IMG/VR virus record: IMGVR_UViG_3300026457_000013
Coordinates: 1-64,000 of that record
From: a virus
DNA length: 64,000 nt
Strand: one strand, 5' to 3'
Position numbers and translations under genes: made by a program. The stretch's first letter is position 1. Each line of letters opens with the position of its first letter. Below the pieces are notes generated by a model. The model did no database searches. It was not told the DNA's origin and was given only the letters and a program-made list of their open reading frames with translations. This document shows, piece by piece, positions 1-8,568 of this stretch.

Positions 1-204
1 TGGCCAGTTGGTAGTTTCAGCGTCCTCATCATCTTCATCTTGTTCCTTAAAGTCGCTTATAACTACAAGGCTAACACCTGTATGACTGGCTAGCTCCTCA
101 ACTAGAGCTGCTATTTTGTGTAGGAGATCAACGTGATCATAGTGATCGTCTCCATCACACTCAAAACTAACACTTAATCCTGCATGTTTAAACTCTAGTT
201 CCAT
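1..204 (-). CDS. small acidic hypothetical protein (runs off window)
   Basis: ATG at 204 after AAGGA RBS; open frame MELEFKHAGLSVSFECDGDD... to window edge. Confidence 0.6.
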   Translation of the reverse strand, partial: MELEFKHAGLSVSFECDGDDHYDHVDLLHKIAALVEELASHTGVSLVVISDFKEQDEDDEDAETTNWP

Positions 205-221
205 TTTTATCCTTTGTGTTG

Positions 222-550
222 TGTGGCGGTTGTTGGCTAATAAGGTCAACCGCCTAAACCCCAGCCTAGCTTATGCTGCTAAGGCAAATACCTCATCGTT
301 GGCATTTATTTTGTTTGCGTCTACGGCCAGCTAGTGCTAACCCTACGGCTTCTGCATTGCCGAGTTGTCCACGTCTATACTCTTTACCCCGTCGAAACCT
401 GGTCTGGCCCATCAGAAGTATACTGCACTAGCCAGTTGAATACAGCCGACCAGTCTTCCTTATCAGTGAAGTGCAATATACTTCTGGTGGACCAGGCGGG
501 AGTCGAACCCGCGTCCGCAGTACTTTTCTATTAGTTTCATACAACTATAA
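222..550 (-). ncRNA. ssrA: tmRNA, circularly permuted two-piece form
   Basis: Minus strand: T-arm/acceptor GCGGGTTCGACTCCCGCCTGGTCCACCA (CCA at 487-485) precedes a hairpin spacer, then the 5' end GGGCCAGACCAGGTTTCGACGGGG (from 410) and tag frame ANDEVFALAA* (303-271); outer ends approximate. Confidence 0.92.
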
Positions 551-552
551 CT

Positions 553-627
553 TGGTGCTGAATGTCGGATTTGAACTGACGACCTACCGCTTACAAGGCG
601 GTTGCTCTACCACTGAGCTAATTCAGC
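553..627 (-). tRNA. tRNA-Thr(UGU)
   Basis: cloverleaf, anticodon loop CTTGTAA, GTTCAAATC T-loop, encoded CCA. Confidence 0.93.
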
Positions 628-709
628 GAATACATAATAACCTGTATAGCCTAGTACGAATACTAGGCTAACAGCTTCTAATATGGTAAACGGTTGACTA
701 TTGTAACCA

Positions 710-928
710 TTAACTAATGATCTTTTGATGTTGGCAAAGTTCTTCAAAACAATCCCACAATTTATTAAATTTTACTTCATAAATAGTTTCTAGGCCAAGT
801 AAATAATTTTCAATTTGATCTTGGGTTGGTTTACCGTCCGAGATAAGTTCACGCAGATGTTTAATCTCAGTGACTACTTCCCAGTTTTTAAGTATTAATT
901 GTTCTAGGTCAAATCGGTCGTATTTCAT
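710..928 (-). CDS. conserved phage hypothetical protein
   Basis: 72-aa ORF (DRFDLEQ...KFNKLW), ATGA overlap with upstream gene. Confidence 0.75.
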   Translation of the reverse strand: MKYDRFDLEQLILKNWEVVTEIKHLRELISDGKPTQDQIENYLLGLETIYEVKFNKLWDCFEELCQHQKIIS

Positions 929-1395
929 CGGTTTAGTATAAATTTTAGTCTGTCAGCTGCATAGCTTGCAGCAAAAGCGTCTGGTTTGATTAAGGCTTCA
1001 ACGTCACAAGTGCCACGAATATATCCTATGGCTTGTTGTAATACTACATTACTAGCATAGTTAACACTAGGGTTTATATCTAGGTGTACTTCTACGTGCC
1101 TGTCATCTATACAATCTTTTAGTTCTAAGTATAGCTGGCTGACCTTATAAACTTCAGTCATTAATCTAATATTAGGCCTATTTTTCTTTTGATCGTAATC
1201 ACGTTCACGCTCATAGTAGCCAAATATCTTACAGCCATGTTTACCGTCTATGTGTACTACAATGGCTAATGTATAGTCAGCCCACCATACTTTATCTAGT
1301 CTAACACGTTCACTGTCACAGCCTAGGTAGATTTTACTCTCTGGTGTACTTTGTCTAATGTACTCTTTTACTTCGTCTATATCAAACTGTTTCAT
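925..1395 (-). CDS. RNase H-like YkuK family protein
   Basis: IYLGCDS, RLMTEV, EVHLDIN and AASYAADR motifs typical of YkuK (DUF458). Confidence 0.8.
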   Translation of the reverse strand: MKQFDIDEVKEYIRQSTPESKIYLGCDSERVRLDKVWWADYTLAIVVHIDGKHGCKIFGYYERERDYDQKKNRPNIRLMTEVYKVSQLYLELKDCIDDRHVEVHLDINPSVNYASNVVLQQAIGYIRGTCDVEALIKPDAFAASYAADRLKFILNR

Positions 1396-1458
1396 GTCGT
1401 TCTCTTAGTATTCTAGTATGACTACTAGGTGCACAAAGCTAGTAGTCATAGTGGAGTA

Positions 1459-1668
1459 CTATTCCTCAACGTACCTATAATTATTATTAAGTTCTCTATA
1501 CATTTGTTTGAAATTATCTCTAGCCTGTATAAAGTGTGTATATGCTTGAGCACCATTTGATGCTAATGCTAGCGATGCTGCTCCTAGATCATCTACTGCA
1601 CTCATCATTATTTCATAATCTTCTTGCTGTCTAGTACACCATGCCTCGTGAACTTTAATACTTTTCAT
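1459..1668 (-). CDS. hypothetical protein
   Basis: 69-aa ORF 1 nt after collagen gene; followed by hairpin at ~1417-1451. Confidence 0.7.
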   Translation of the reverse strand: MKSIKVHEAWCTRQQEDYEIMMSAVDDLGAASLALASNGAQAYTHFIQARDNFKQMYRELNNNYRYVEE

Positions 1669-1669
1669 T

Positions 1670-2323
1670 TTAAACCTGTGCCTGTCCTGTTATATGCCAA
1701 CTGTCGTTGAAAATTAGTGTTATTGATTCATATGGAGACTGTAACACGACCTCATCCCCATCATCTATCTTGTCGCCATTTTGTGTTACTATATAAATTT
1801 TTTTATTTCCAATTTGCTTTTGTTGTGCTTTGATTATAAGCATTTTGCCTAGTGGCGGATTTTGTGGTAAGTATATTTCTATACTTTTTTCGTTTAGTAC
1901 TCCTATGTAGCAGTCGTCTGGTTGGATATGGTAACTTTCACTAATAACTTTAGCTGGTAGTATGCAGCTCATTGTACCACTAGGGCCAGCTGGTCCTTGT
2001 GGACCTGCAACACCTTGTGGTCCTTGTGGACCTTCTACACCCTGCTCACCCTGCGGTCCTGGTGGGCCTTGTATGCCTGTGTCACCTTGCGGACCCATTG
2101 GTCCCTGCGGGCCTGCGTTACCTTGTGGGCCTTGTGCACCCTGCGGGCCTTGTGGGCCTGCAACACCTTGTGGTCCTTGTGGTCCTTCAGGGCCTGGTGG
2201 ACCTTGACCAGTACTGTTATTGATAATTACATCATTATCACTAGTAGTTTGTGGAATGTATACTGGAGTTGGTGGTGGAGCAAAATACCAGGGCGGTGGA
2301 AAGAAATATTGATTTTGATACAC
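1670..2323 (-). CDS. collagen-like protein with C-terminal globular domain
   Basis: ~25 G-X-Y triplets; GTG start at 2323 after GGAGG; Pro-rich N-terminus. Confidence 0.8.
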   Translation of the reverse strand: MYQNQYFFPPPWYFAPPPTPVYIPQTTSDNDVIINNSTGQGPPGPEGPQGPQGVAGPQGPQGAQGPQGNAGPQGPMGPQGDTGIQGPPGPQGEQGVEGPQGPQGVAGPQGPAGPSGTMSCILPAKVISESYHIQPDDCYIGVLNEKSIEIYLPQNPPLGKMLIIKAQQKQIGNKKIYIVTQNGDKIDDGDEVVLQSPYESITLIFNDSWHITGQAQV

Positions 2324-2384
2324 AATAACCTCCAATAAATGTGCCACTAGACTTTTGGTCTAGTGGCTAGCACAGTTTTAGAGA

Positions 2385-3146
2385 TTATCTAATGTTTGTG
2401 TTTGTATTGACGGGGTTAGCGGTTAATGTGCCGCTGCCAACGTTAATTGCTTCGTTATTTGATCTGATGTTTTGTGCAAGGCCCCAAATAGCATTGTAGA
2501 GCTGACCCCACTGCTGCTGTTGTTGCTGTTGCTGTTGCATCTGGTTGATGTTGTTGGTTGTGGTAACTTCAACGCCACGAGTAGCTGCACCTGTGTCTAG
2601 CTTAGCTTGTAGCGCAATAATAGCTGCGTTAGCGTCTGTAAGTTGACGGTTTAGGGTCGCCTCATACTGTTGTGTGATAAGAGCACGAGTTTTATCACCA
2701 TCGTTAGTAATGTCTTTACTAAGCTCATAGCGATTTTCCATAACCTGCTGTTGCAGTCCATTGAGTTGTTGTGCTAGCACCATTGTACCGGCATTAACAG
2801 CTTCTTTAACGCCGTCAGTGCGGGCAGCTAAACTACTAGCAACATTATTTAACTGAGTTGTAATGCCAAGTGTTTGTGTTGCTTGGCTAGCTTCCATAGC
2901 TGCTACACTAGTAGACACGCTTTTGTCAACTTGACCAATAGCTTGCATTAAGCTCATGTTAGCTTGATCTTGCTCTGGTGGGTTACGAAGTGCAGCAGCT
3001 GCAGCAGCTCCGCCGTCATTGCCAAATAGGTTACCGTTGTTACGTAACAGTGATCCTAGGATCAGGCCGCCAATAAGACCACCACCGCCAAATAGGCCGT
3101 CGCCGCCACTCATCATCATACCAGCTGGTGTAATACTTTCTGCCAT
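2385..3146 (-). CDS. coiled-coil protein with Gly-rich hydrophobic N-terminus and Q/N-rich C-terminus
   Basis: ATG at 3146 after AAGGAG; GGLIGGLILGSLL segment, heptad-like middle, poly-Q. Confidence 0.8.
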   Translation of the reverse strand: MAESITPAGMMMSGGDGLFGGGGLIGGLILGSLLRNNGNLFGNDGGAAAAAALRNPPEQDQANMSLMQAIGQVDKSVSTSVAAMEASQATQTLGITTQLNNVASSLAARTDGVKEAVNAGTMVLAQQLNGLQQQVMENRYELSKDITNDGDKTRALITQQYEATLNRQLTDANAAIIALQAKLDTGAATRGVEVTTTNNINQMQQQQQQQQQWGQLYNAIWGLAQNIRSNNEAINVGSGTLTANPVNTNTNIR

Positions 3147-3221
3147 TTGAAACTCCTTGTTGTTATAATTATAATGGAGATTTGGCATGTGTTACTGGCA
3201 GGTAACTCATGCCAGTAAAAG

Positions 3222-3485
3222 TTACTCGTAAGGAGTAACTTCAGTAGGTGGACAACTGTTTGGATTATTATGTTTTACACGTCGCATATCTTCCTGAGGA
3301 ATAATGCTATTGTACTGATTCATTGTCATTTTTACAGTATCACTGGCTAGCTCATGTATTCGCTCAGCCATAAAATGTAAATCTTCGTCAGTAGTAGGTT
3401 CCTCTCTGATATATTCAAACAGTCGTAATAATAGGGGAATACTGAGCATAGCAAAGCGCTGCTCAGTTTTATATAATTCGTGCAT
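3222..3485 (-). CDS. hypothetical protein
   Basis: 87-aa ORF with IPLLLRLFEY...DLHFMAE. Confidence 0.7.
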   Translation of the reverse strand: MHELYKTEQRFAMLSIPLLLRLFEYIREEPTTDEDLHFMAERIHELASDTVKMTMNQYNSIIPQEDMRRVKHNNPNSCPPTEVTPYE

Positions 3486-3527
3486 AGGTTACCTTTATTA
3501 TTTTTATTATTGAACCAAACTTATTTA

Positions 3528-3716
3528 TCAACTATAACCAGGATCTAGTTGATCTAATACATATTTATATATGCGTTTTCTTCCTTCGCTGGTATTCCAT
3601 AAATCATCTGGTATTTCACCATCAAATGCCTTATTAGGACTAGCCCACCAACGCTGTACTAATTCATCGCTGCCTAGTAATGCTTTTAGCATACGGTTTA
3701 CTTTATTTTCACTCAT
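3528..3716 (-). CDS. stand-alone Xre/MbcA/ParS-type antitoxin C-terminal-like domain (DUF2384-like)
   Basis: WWASPNKAFDGEIPDDL motif; start moved to 3716 because the longer ORF overlaps a tRNA. Confidence 0.6.
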   Translation of the reverse strand: MSENKVNRMLKALLGSDELVQRWWASPNKAFDGEIPDDLWNTSEGRKRIYKYVLDQLDPGYS

Positions 3717-3725
3717 TTTATTCCT

Positions 3726-3809
3726 TGGTGCCCTAGGGGAGACTCGAACTCCCACGCCTTTCAGCACTGGCTTCTAAGACCAGCGTGGCTACCATTACAC
3801 CACCAGGGC
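3726..3809 (-). tRNA. tRNA-Leu(UAG)
   Basis: long variable arm, loop CTTAGAA, GTTCGAGTC, CCA. Confidence 0.92.
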
Positions 3810-3813
3810 TATT

Positions 3814-3899
3814 TGGTAGGGAAGACCGGAGTCGAACCGGTACGCCGTTAGGCGATTGATTTTAAGTCAATTTGTGTCTACCTGTTTCACCACATCCCC
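3814..3899 (-). tRNA. tRNA-Leu(UAA)
   Basis: long variable arm, loop CTTAAAA, GTTCGACTC, CCA; one acceptor-stem mismatch. Confidence 0.88.
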
Positions 3900-3902
3900 A
3901 AA

Positions 3903-4118
3903 CTAGACTTCAATACTGCCACGATCGTGTATAATGTATACGCGATTATAGCTGCCGCGTAAATATTCAATATCACGAATACTACAATATGGTCCAGATT
4001 CAATACGAAAGTCTTTAACCGAACGCCAATCCTGAATAATTTCTTCACGGGTTTGCATCCACTTTCGCCAAGGAGCTGGTGTTAAGTATAGGTTGTCAAG
4101 TAGTTGTTGTACAGCCAT
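3903..4118 (-). CDS. hypothetical protein
   Basis: ATG at 4118 after AAGGA; sigma70-like promoter just upstream (~4146-4175). Confidence 0.7.
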   Translation of the reverse strand: MAVQQLLDNLYLTPAPWRKWMQTREEIIQDWRSVKDFRIESGPYCSIRDIEYLRGSYNRVYIIHDRGSIEV

Positions 4119-4213
4119 TTGCTTTCCTTTACTGAGTAAAATAATATTATACATCCTAAAGGAAAATAAATCAACTGTAAAAATTTTGTTGCGGAGCCTA
4201 AGCCCCGCAACAG

Positions 4214-4450
4214 TTATTTTGCTGCGTTGTTACCAACTACATAAGCCTCCATTGCTTTAGCTAAGTCAATAGCCTCTTGCGGAGTATATATTTGTGGCAT
4301 ATAAGTTGTATAGTTTTCTATGGGAACGCCTTGTTTAAGTTTATGCTCAAAAAATAGTTTTGCAAACTTTTTATGTGTGCGAAATTTTGTATCTAAGTAT
4401 TCCATTGCCTCTTCTAACAACTCCTCGCGTAATTCATGTATATCTGCCAT
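4214..4450 (-). CDS. hypothetical protein
   Basis: 78-aa ORF; resembles the 4631-4855 protein (ELRxxLL...A.EYLD..F, MPxxY). Confidence 0.7.
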   Translation of the reverse strand: MADIHELREELLEEAMEYLDTKFRTHKKFAKLFFEHKLKQGVPIENYTTYMPQIYTPQEAIDLAKAMEAYVVGNNAAK

Positions 4451-4630
4451 TGTAGCCCCTTTTTATTTTTATTGTCGGCTAAGTACTATGTCCAACTATT
4501 TTTATCGGTATGATAGTACCAAATTTTTTCTAAATATTCTACATCAGCCATAGTTTGTGGCTTGTGATCTTCTATAAAACGCTGTAACGAATAAGGCTGA
4601 TTAAAGTATTCTTGTATTCGTTGCCAAAGA

Positions 4631-4855
4631 TCACTTACTATTAACGAAACCATAGAGTTTTTTAGCGTGTTCAACAACATCTTCAAAAGTATACATTTTA
4701 GGAGCAAACTCCTGATACTTTTGCATAATGTCTTGGCCGTTTTTAGCCATTTCTTCAAAGGCTCGCTTAGTAAACTCTGTGTTAACTTCAAACTGCTTGT
4801 CTAGGTAGTCCTTGCTCATTGCTAATAGTTGAGCTCTGATCTCGAATGGATTCAT
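4631..4855 (-). CDS. conserved phage hypothetical protein
   Basis: MNPFEIRAQLLAMSKDYLD...AKKLYGFV; GGAG RBS. Confidence 0.75.
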   Translation of the reverse strand: MNPFEIRAQLLAMSKDYLDKQFEVNTEFTKRAFEEMAKNGQDIMQKYQEFAPKMYTFEDVVEHAKKLYGFVNSK

Positions 4856-5148
4856 GTTTATCTCCGTGTTGTGTGTTGTTCATTAATCGCTGAGCTTTAC
4901 GCCACTTACCACTACGTGTAAGTTGTGTAGCCCAAAGTGCTTTGCAGATTATAGTGTACCAACTCATTGCCAACCTCTATATGTTAAATAGCGTTTTGCT
5001 CTGGCTTGCCCACTCTTTTCTAACATAGTAAAAATGCGATTACACCAATAGCATACTTTTGCCATAGTAATCTCCGTGTGTTGTGTGCCAGTTTTGGCTA
5101 GACTGGCAACTAGTGTACCCTTAGGGTCTTAAGGATAATAGGGTACAG

Positions 5149-5331
5149 TTAATTTACATTTTTGCCGGTTTTTTCTTTCCTGGTTTTTTCATTGGTTTGT
5201 AGCTCATTTTTCTCATTCTCCCTAGCATGTATAGCTCGTTCAGCGGCTTCACAAGCACCTAGTGTATCAAACTGGCAATTGCCGCGTTTGCCATACTTAT
5301 ATTTACCATTTGCACATTTATAACAAGGCAT
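5149..5331 (-). CDS. small Cys-containing hypothetical protein
   Basis: 60-aa ORF coupled to upstream gene (TAATG). Confidence 0.6.
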   Translation of the reverse strand: MPCYKCANGKYKYGKRGNCQFDTLGACEAAERAIHARENEKNELQTNEKTRKEKTGKNVN

Positions 5332-5642
5332 TATAGTGGATCAATCTTAGTTAGGGTTTTTACTTTATGGCCTACAATAGTATCACTAGGTTTGTAGCCA
5401 TCGCCATCGCGTTGATATACACGTATTAATGCGCCTGGATCTTCTGGAGTGCCAGTAATCTTAAAGCTGCTACCAGGTATATCGGCTTCACCACTAGTAA
5501 TTATTCTGGTAATTTTACCGCGTGCTGTACCACCACTACTGTTCCAGCTAACGCTGTCACCACGTTTTACACTACCAGCTTTAGCCTTTTGTAGAGCATC
5601 AATCATGCTATTATAAAATTCTAGTTCGTAAATCTTATTCAT
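5331..5642 (-). CDS. Tudor-like (DUF2945/Hva1-like) protein
   Basis: GDSVSWNSSGGTARGKITRI...VGHK motif; GAGGAG RBS. Confidence 0.6.
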   Translation of the reverse strand: MNKIYELEFYNSMIDALQKAKAGSVKRGDSVSWNSSGGTARGKITRIITSGEADIPGSSFKITGTPEDPGALIRVYQRDGDGYKPSDTIVGHKVKTLTKIDPL

Positions 5643-5655
5643 AATAACTCCTCAA

Positions 5656-5839
5656 TATTGGGGTATTCTCTGTTTACTGCCTAGGCCGCTAAGCCCGTGC
5701 CCTAAACTTACATAACTTCATGACGGTTTGCCGTACTTTAGGGTCAGACACGCTTACTAGCTACTACTCCGGTCTTCACTAGTAAGAGACTCTGCAATGT
5801 TCCAGCTCATCTGGCTACGAGCAGAGAATACCCCAATAT
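5656..5839 (-). ncRNA. candidate structured RNA (184 nt)
   Basis: perfect 18-bp closing inverted repeat ATATTGGGGTATTCTCTG/CAGAGAATACCCCAATAT with internal stems; gene-free. Confidence 0.5.
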
Positions 5840-5862
5840 GGCCTAACACTAGGCCACGTTGG

Positions 5863-6873
5863 TTAACCTATGGTTTTTGCAAATTGTTGACTAGCAAGAT
5901 TCTTTTGCTTTGACTCGCACATAATGTCAGCCCAACTACTATGCGTAGCAGCCCATGAATTTACTCTGTTATTCCAGTAGTAGTCACTATGTGCTCGCAG
6001 TTTAGCTGATGTAAAACCCATGCCTGTAAGAGACTTGTAGTCGGGCAACTCATCTGCTGTGTGGTCGACAAGCACATCTTCTCTGGATACTGAATAGTGT
6101 ATAACAGGTCTAATACCTCGCCACGAATCTTTAACCACTCTAATTCGCTTGTCGTCAGGCTCAATGTACTCTCCCTTGCTGTATATCCAGTGATGATGTA
6201 TGTCTAGAACTAGGGCACAGTGTTCTACAAGTTCTAAACTATGCTCTAGACCCCAGGTATATTCTGCGTTTTCGATTGTTAATATGTTGCGTGCTTCTGG
6301 ACTTAACTTTCTAAGTGCTGCAATAATCCCTTGTGGACCACGTTTGCCTCCAATATGAACATTGCACTTAAAATCCTGAAATTTCCTACCATAGCCCATA
6401 TAACGGGCGACGTCAGTATGATACTCAAACTCAACAATACTATTATCAACAATTCCATCATTTTCACTCGCTAGTACACAAAATTGACCTGGGTGGAAGC
6501 TTAACCGTACATCTTTACCTCGTGCTATATCCCCTACTTTGCCTAGATGTGTTTCTAGGTATTTAACTACATCACTTTGAAAGTAGAACCACATCCAATC
6601 TTCATGTGTGTAAGCTGGAAATAAATCACTGCTAATGCGAAACTGACGCTGATCCCTAGGCAGGTTACCAACCCACTCTACCTGTCGCTTCAGTGTTTCA
6701 CAGTTGTGATGTATAATTGTCCAGATTTTTTCTACTGCTTTGTCCCTAGTTTGCTTGTTAAGATATGTTAGTGTTGTAGTAGTTGTATTTAGTTTTTTGT
6801 CGGCTTTGTCGTGATCTGTTTGAATCTTGCAAGCAAAGCCGATGCGTGGCTGTGTTATATCAAATGTGTGCAT
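5863..6873 (-). CDS. uvsE: UV damage endonuclease UvsE/UVDE
   Basis: RIGFAC, FRISSDLFP, RLSFHPGQF, LTIEN, LVLDIHHH, RAHSD and DIMCESK motifs. Confidence 0.93.
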   Translation of the reverse strand: MHTFDITQPRIGFACKIQTDHDKADKKLNTTTTTLTYLNKQTRDKAVEKIWTIIHHNCETLKRQVEWVGNLPRDQRQFRISSDLFPAYTHEDWMWFYFQSDVVKYLETHLGKVGDIARGKDVRLSFHPGQFCVLASENDGIVDNSIVEFEYHTDVARYMGYGRKFQDFKCNVHIGGKRGPQGIIAALRKLSPEARNILTIENAEYTWGLEHSLELVEHCALVLDIHHHWIYSKGEYIEPDDKRIRVVKDSWRGIRPVIHYSVSREDVLVDHTADELPDYKSLTGMGFTSAKLRAHSDYYWNNRVNSWAATHSSWADIMCESKQKNLASQQFAKTIG

Positions 6874-7084
6874 TTTATTGTGGCCACTTGTTAAGTGGAC
6901 AGTGATTAGTAATTCGTTTAGCGTAAATACTTATTATTTTTTCTGTTTGCTGACATATATCCATGATCTTGTTATAGCTGCTGCAAGTATCGCAGATTTT
7001 TGTTCTAACATCGTATAATGTTTCTTGATTTTGTTGTTGCATTTTATATTATAGCAATTTTCTTAAACTTTTTCAAGTGTTAAT

Positions 7085-7300
7085 TTATAGTCCTATTAAC
7101 CTTACACAAATGGGGCAAATAGGATTATCATCTAGGTCTGGTACTAGTTGTTTAGACCAAACGCCACAGTGCGTACACTGATCTATATGTTTACTGAGCT
7201 CTTGTACATCTAAACTGTCCATGTCTATGCCCAGGTCTTTGCAGACCTGGTATAGTGGTTTATGTGTTTTATTTAGATGTTTTGTTAGTATTTGATACAT
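7085..7300 (-). CDS. small zinc-ribbon protein
   Basis: CTHC...CPIC. Confidence 0.65.
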   Translation of the reverse strand: MYQILTKHLNKTHKPLYQVCKDLGIDMDSLDVQELSKHIDQCTHCGVWSKQLVPDLDDNPICPICVRLIGL

Positions 7301-7922
7301 CTACTTTATATCTATCGTCCAATTCAGGATGAGTTTTTTCAAATTCTAGTAAGAACATAATGCAGCAAGCGGCATGTGCAAGATGGCTTAGTCCACTTTC
7401 AGGATCCTTATCTTCACCATCGTTAAAGGCCATAATATGTCGCATAGCTGCGGCTAGTGGCCTTGACCAAACAAAGCCGTCGCGCCAATTGTGCGCGTGA
7501 TATTTATCAGCACCAAACTTTAACACTGCTGCTGTTTGATTTAGTGCTTCTGTACTCAATAGGTTAACAGGTAGCTTGTCACTATCAAACTTCAGGGCAC
7601 TACCAGTACCACTAGCAGTGCCGCCGGCACTACCACTACCGGTAATCGTACTATTAGTAAAGGTAATCTTACGCCAATCAAAAGGAATATTTTGTGGATT
7701 AGGATCGGTGTTTAGGTTAATGGTGTGTTGTGCACCCCAACCATCAAGTTTAATAACGTCTTCTTGATTAAGTGGTAAAATGTTTGTAGTTTCTAGTGTA
7801 GGTATAACACCCTCATAACCTGGATGATATGGTGCTTCTGCAACTAATTGTTTATAATCTGCATTATCTGCACTAGGCAGTTGTGGCTCTTTGTCAGTTG
7901 TGTAAATTTCGTATTTAGGCAT
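7269..7922 (-). CDS. dATP/dGTP diphosphohydrolase domain protein (DUF5664-like)
   Basis: KFDSDK, FGADKYHAHNWRDG, AAMRH and DPESGLSHLAHAAC motifs. Confidence 0.85.
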   Translation of the reverse strand: MPKYEIYTTDKEPQLPSADNADYKQLVAEAPYHPGYEGVIPTLETTNILPLNQEDVIKLDGWGAQHTINLNTDPNPQNIPFDWRKITFTNSTITGSGSAGGTASGTGSALKFDSDKLPVNLLSTEALNQTAAVLKFGADKYHAHNWRDGFVWSRPLAAAMRHIMAFNDGEDKDPESGLSHLAHAACCIMFLLEFEKTHPELDDRYKVDVSNTNKTSK

Positions 7923-7950
7923 AATAATAAGGGGGCTTATGCCCCCTGGT

Positions 7951-8352
7951 TTAGTTAATTGTAATCAACTTTGGTTTTTTACTCTCTGGAACAATTTGCT
8001 CTAGATAAATATTAAGCATACCGTCCTTATATTCTGCATGTTTAATTTTAATATGATCTTGTATATACAAGCTCTTCTCAAAATTACGCATTGCCAATCC
8101 TCTATACAGATAATGCTTATCTGCTTGCTCCACTTTACGACCGCGGATTGTCAATGTGTTCTCGTGAAGTTCTACTGTTAGCTCGTCCCGTCCAAAACCA
8201 GCAGCTGCTAACTCTACAAGCCAGTTGTCATCATCAAGTTTTACTACATTGTGTGGTGGATAAGTTTTAGTTGTTGCGCGAACATTATCCAGTTGATTAA
8301 AGATTCTGTCGAATCCGATTAATGCATGATTTACTAAATCTAATTGTGTCAT
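7951..8352 (-). CDS. small heat shock protein (Hsp20/IbpA-like)
   Basis: IGFDR, YPPHNVVK, ELAAAGF, YLYRGLAMRNF, DGML, VPESKKPKLI. Confidence 0.93.
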   Translation of the reverse strand: MTQLDLVNHALIGFDRIFNQLDNVRATTKTYPPHNVVKLDDDNWLVELAAAGFGRDELTVELHENTLTIRGRKVEQADKHYLYRGLAMRNFEKSLYIQDHIKIKHAEYKDGMLNIYLEQIVPESKKPKLITIN

Positions 8353-8356
8353 TGTA

Positions 8357-8378
8357 TCTCCTTAAATTTCAAGCAAGA
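8357..8378 (-). promoter_or_regulatory. ROSE-like RNA thermometer hairpin
   Basis: UCUUGCUUGA...UUAAGGAGA pairs the SD with a bulged G (UYGCU motif) directly 5' of hsp20. Confidence 0.6.
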
Positions 8379-8568
8379 TTTAGGCAGGAGGAATGTTTTA
8401 CTAGCCGGCCCTCCCACTGCTAGTGTTTTTTAGCCACCGTCGGCAAAACGGCATATTTAAGGCGTAGCATAAGCGTCGCAACTAACATTGCCGTGTTAGT
8501 GTGTTGATGCCGCTGCTGTAGTTGAGTTGTCTATGCACTATTGCTAAATGAGCCAACTACCCAAACGC

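Noticed and set aside
334-671. Two plus-strand 66-aa ORFs
   Set aside because: Antisense to tmRNA and tRNA-Thr
1962-2338. Cys/Pro-rich ORFs opposite collagen genes (also at 54739-55117 and 57478-60426)
   Set aside because: Shadow frames of G-X-Y repeats with no RBS
5722-5735. c-di-GMP-I riboswitch (GGCAAACC)
   Set aside because: Only a GNRA hairpin; the GACGCAAAG and P3 elements are absent
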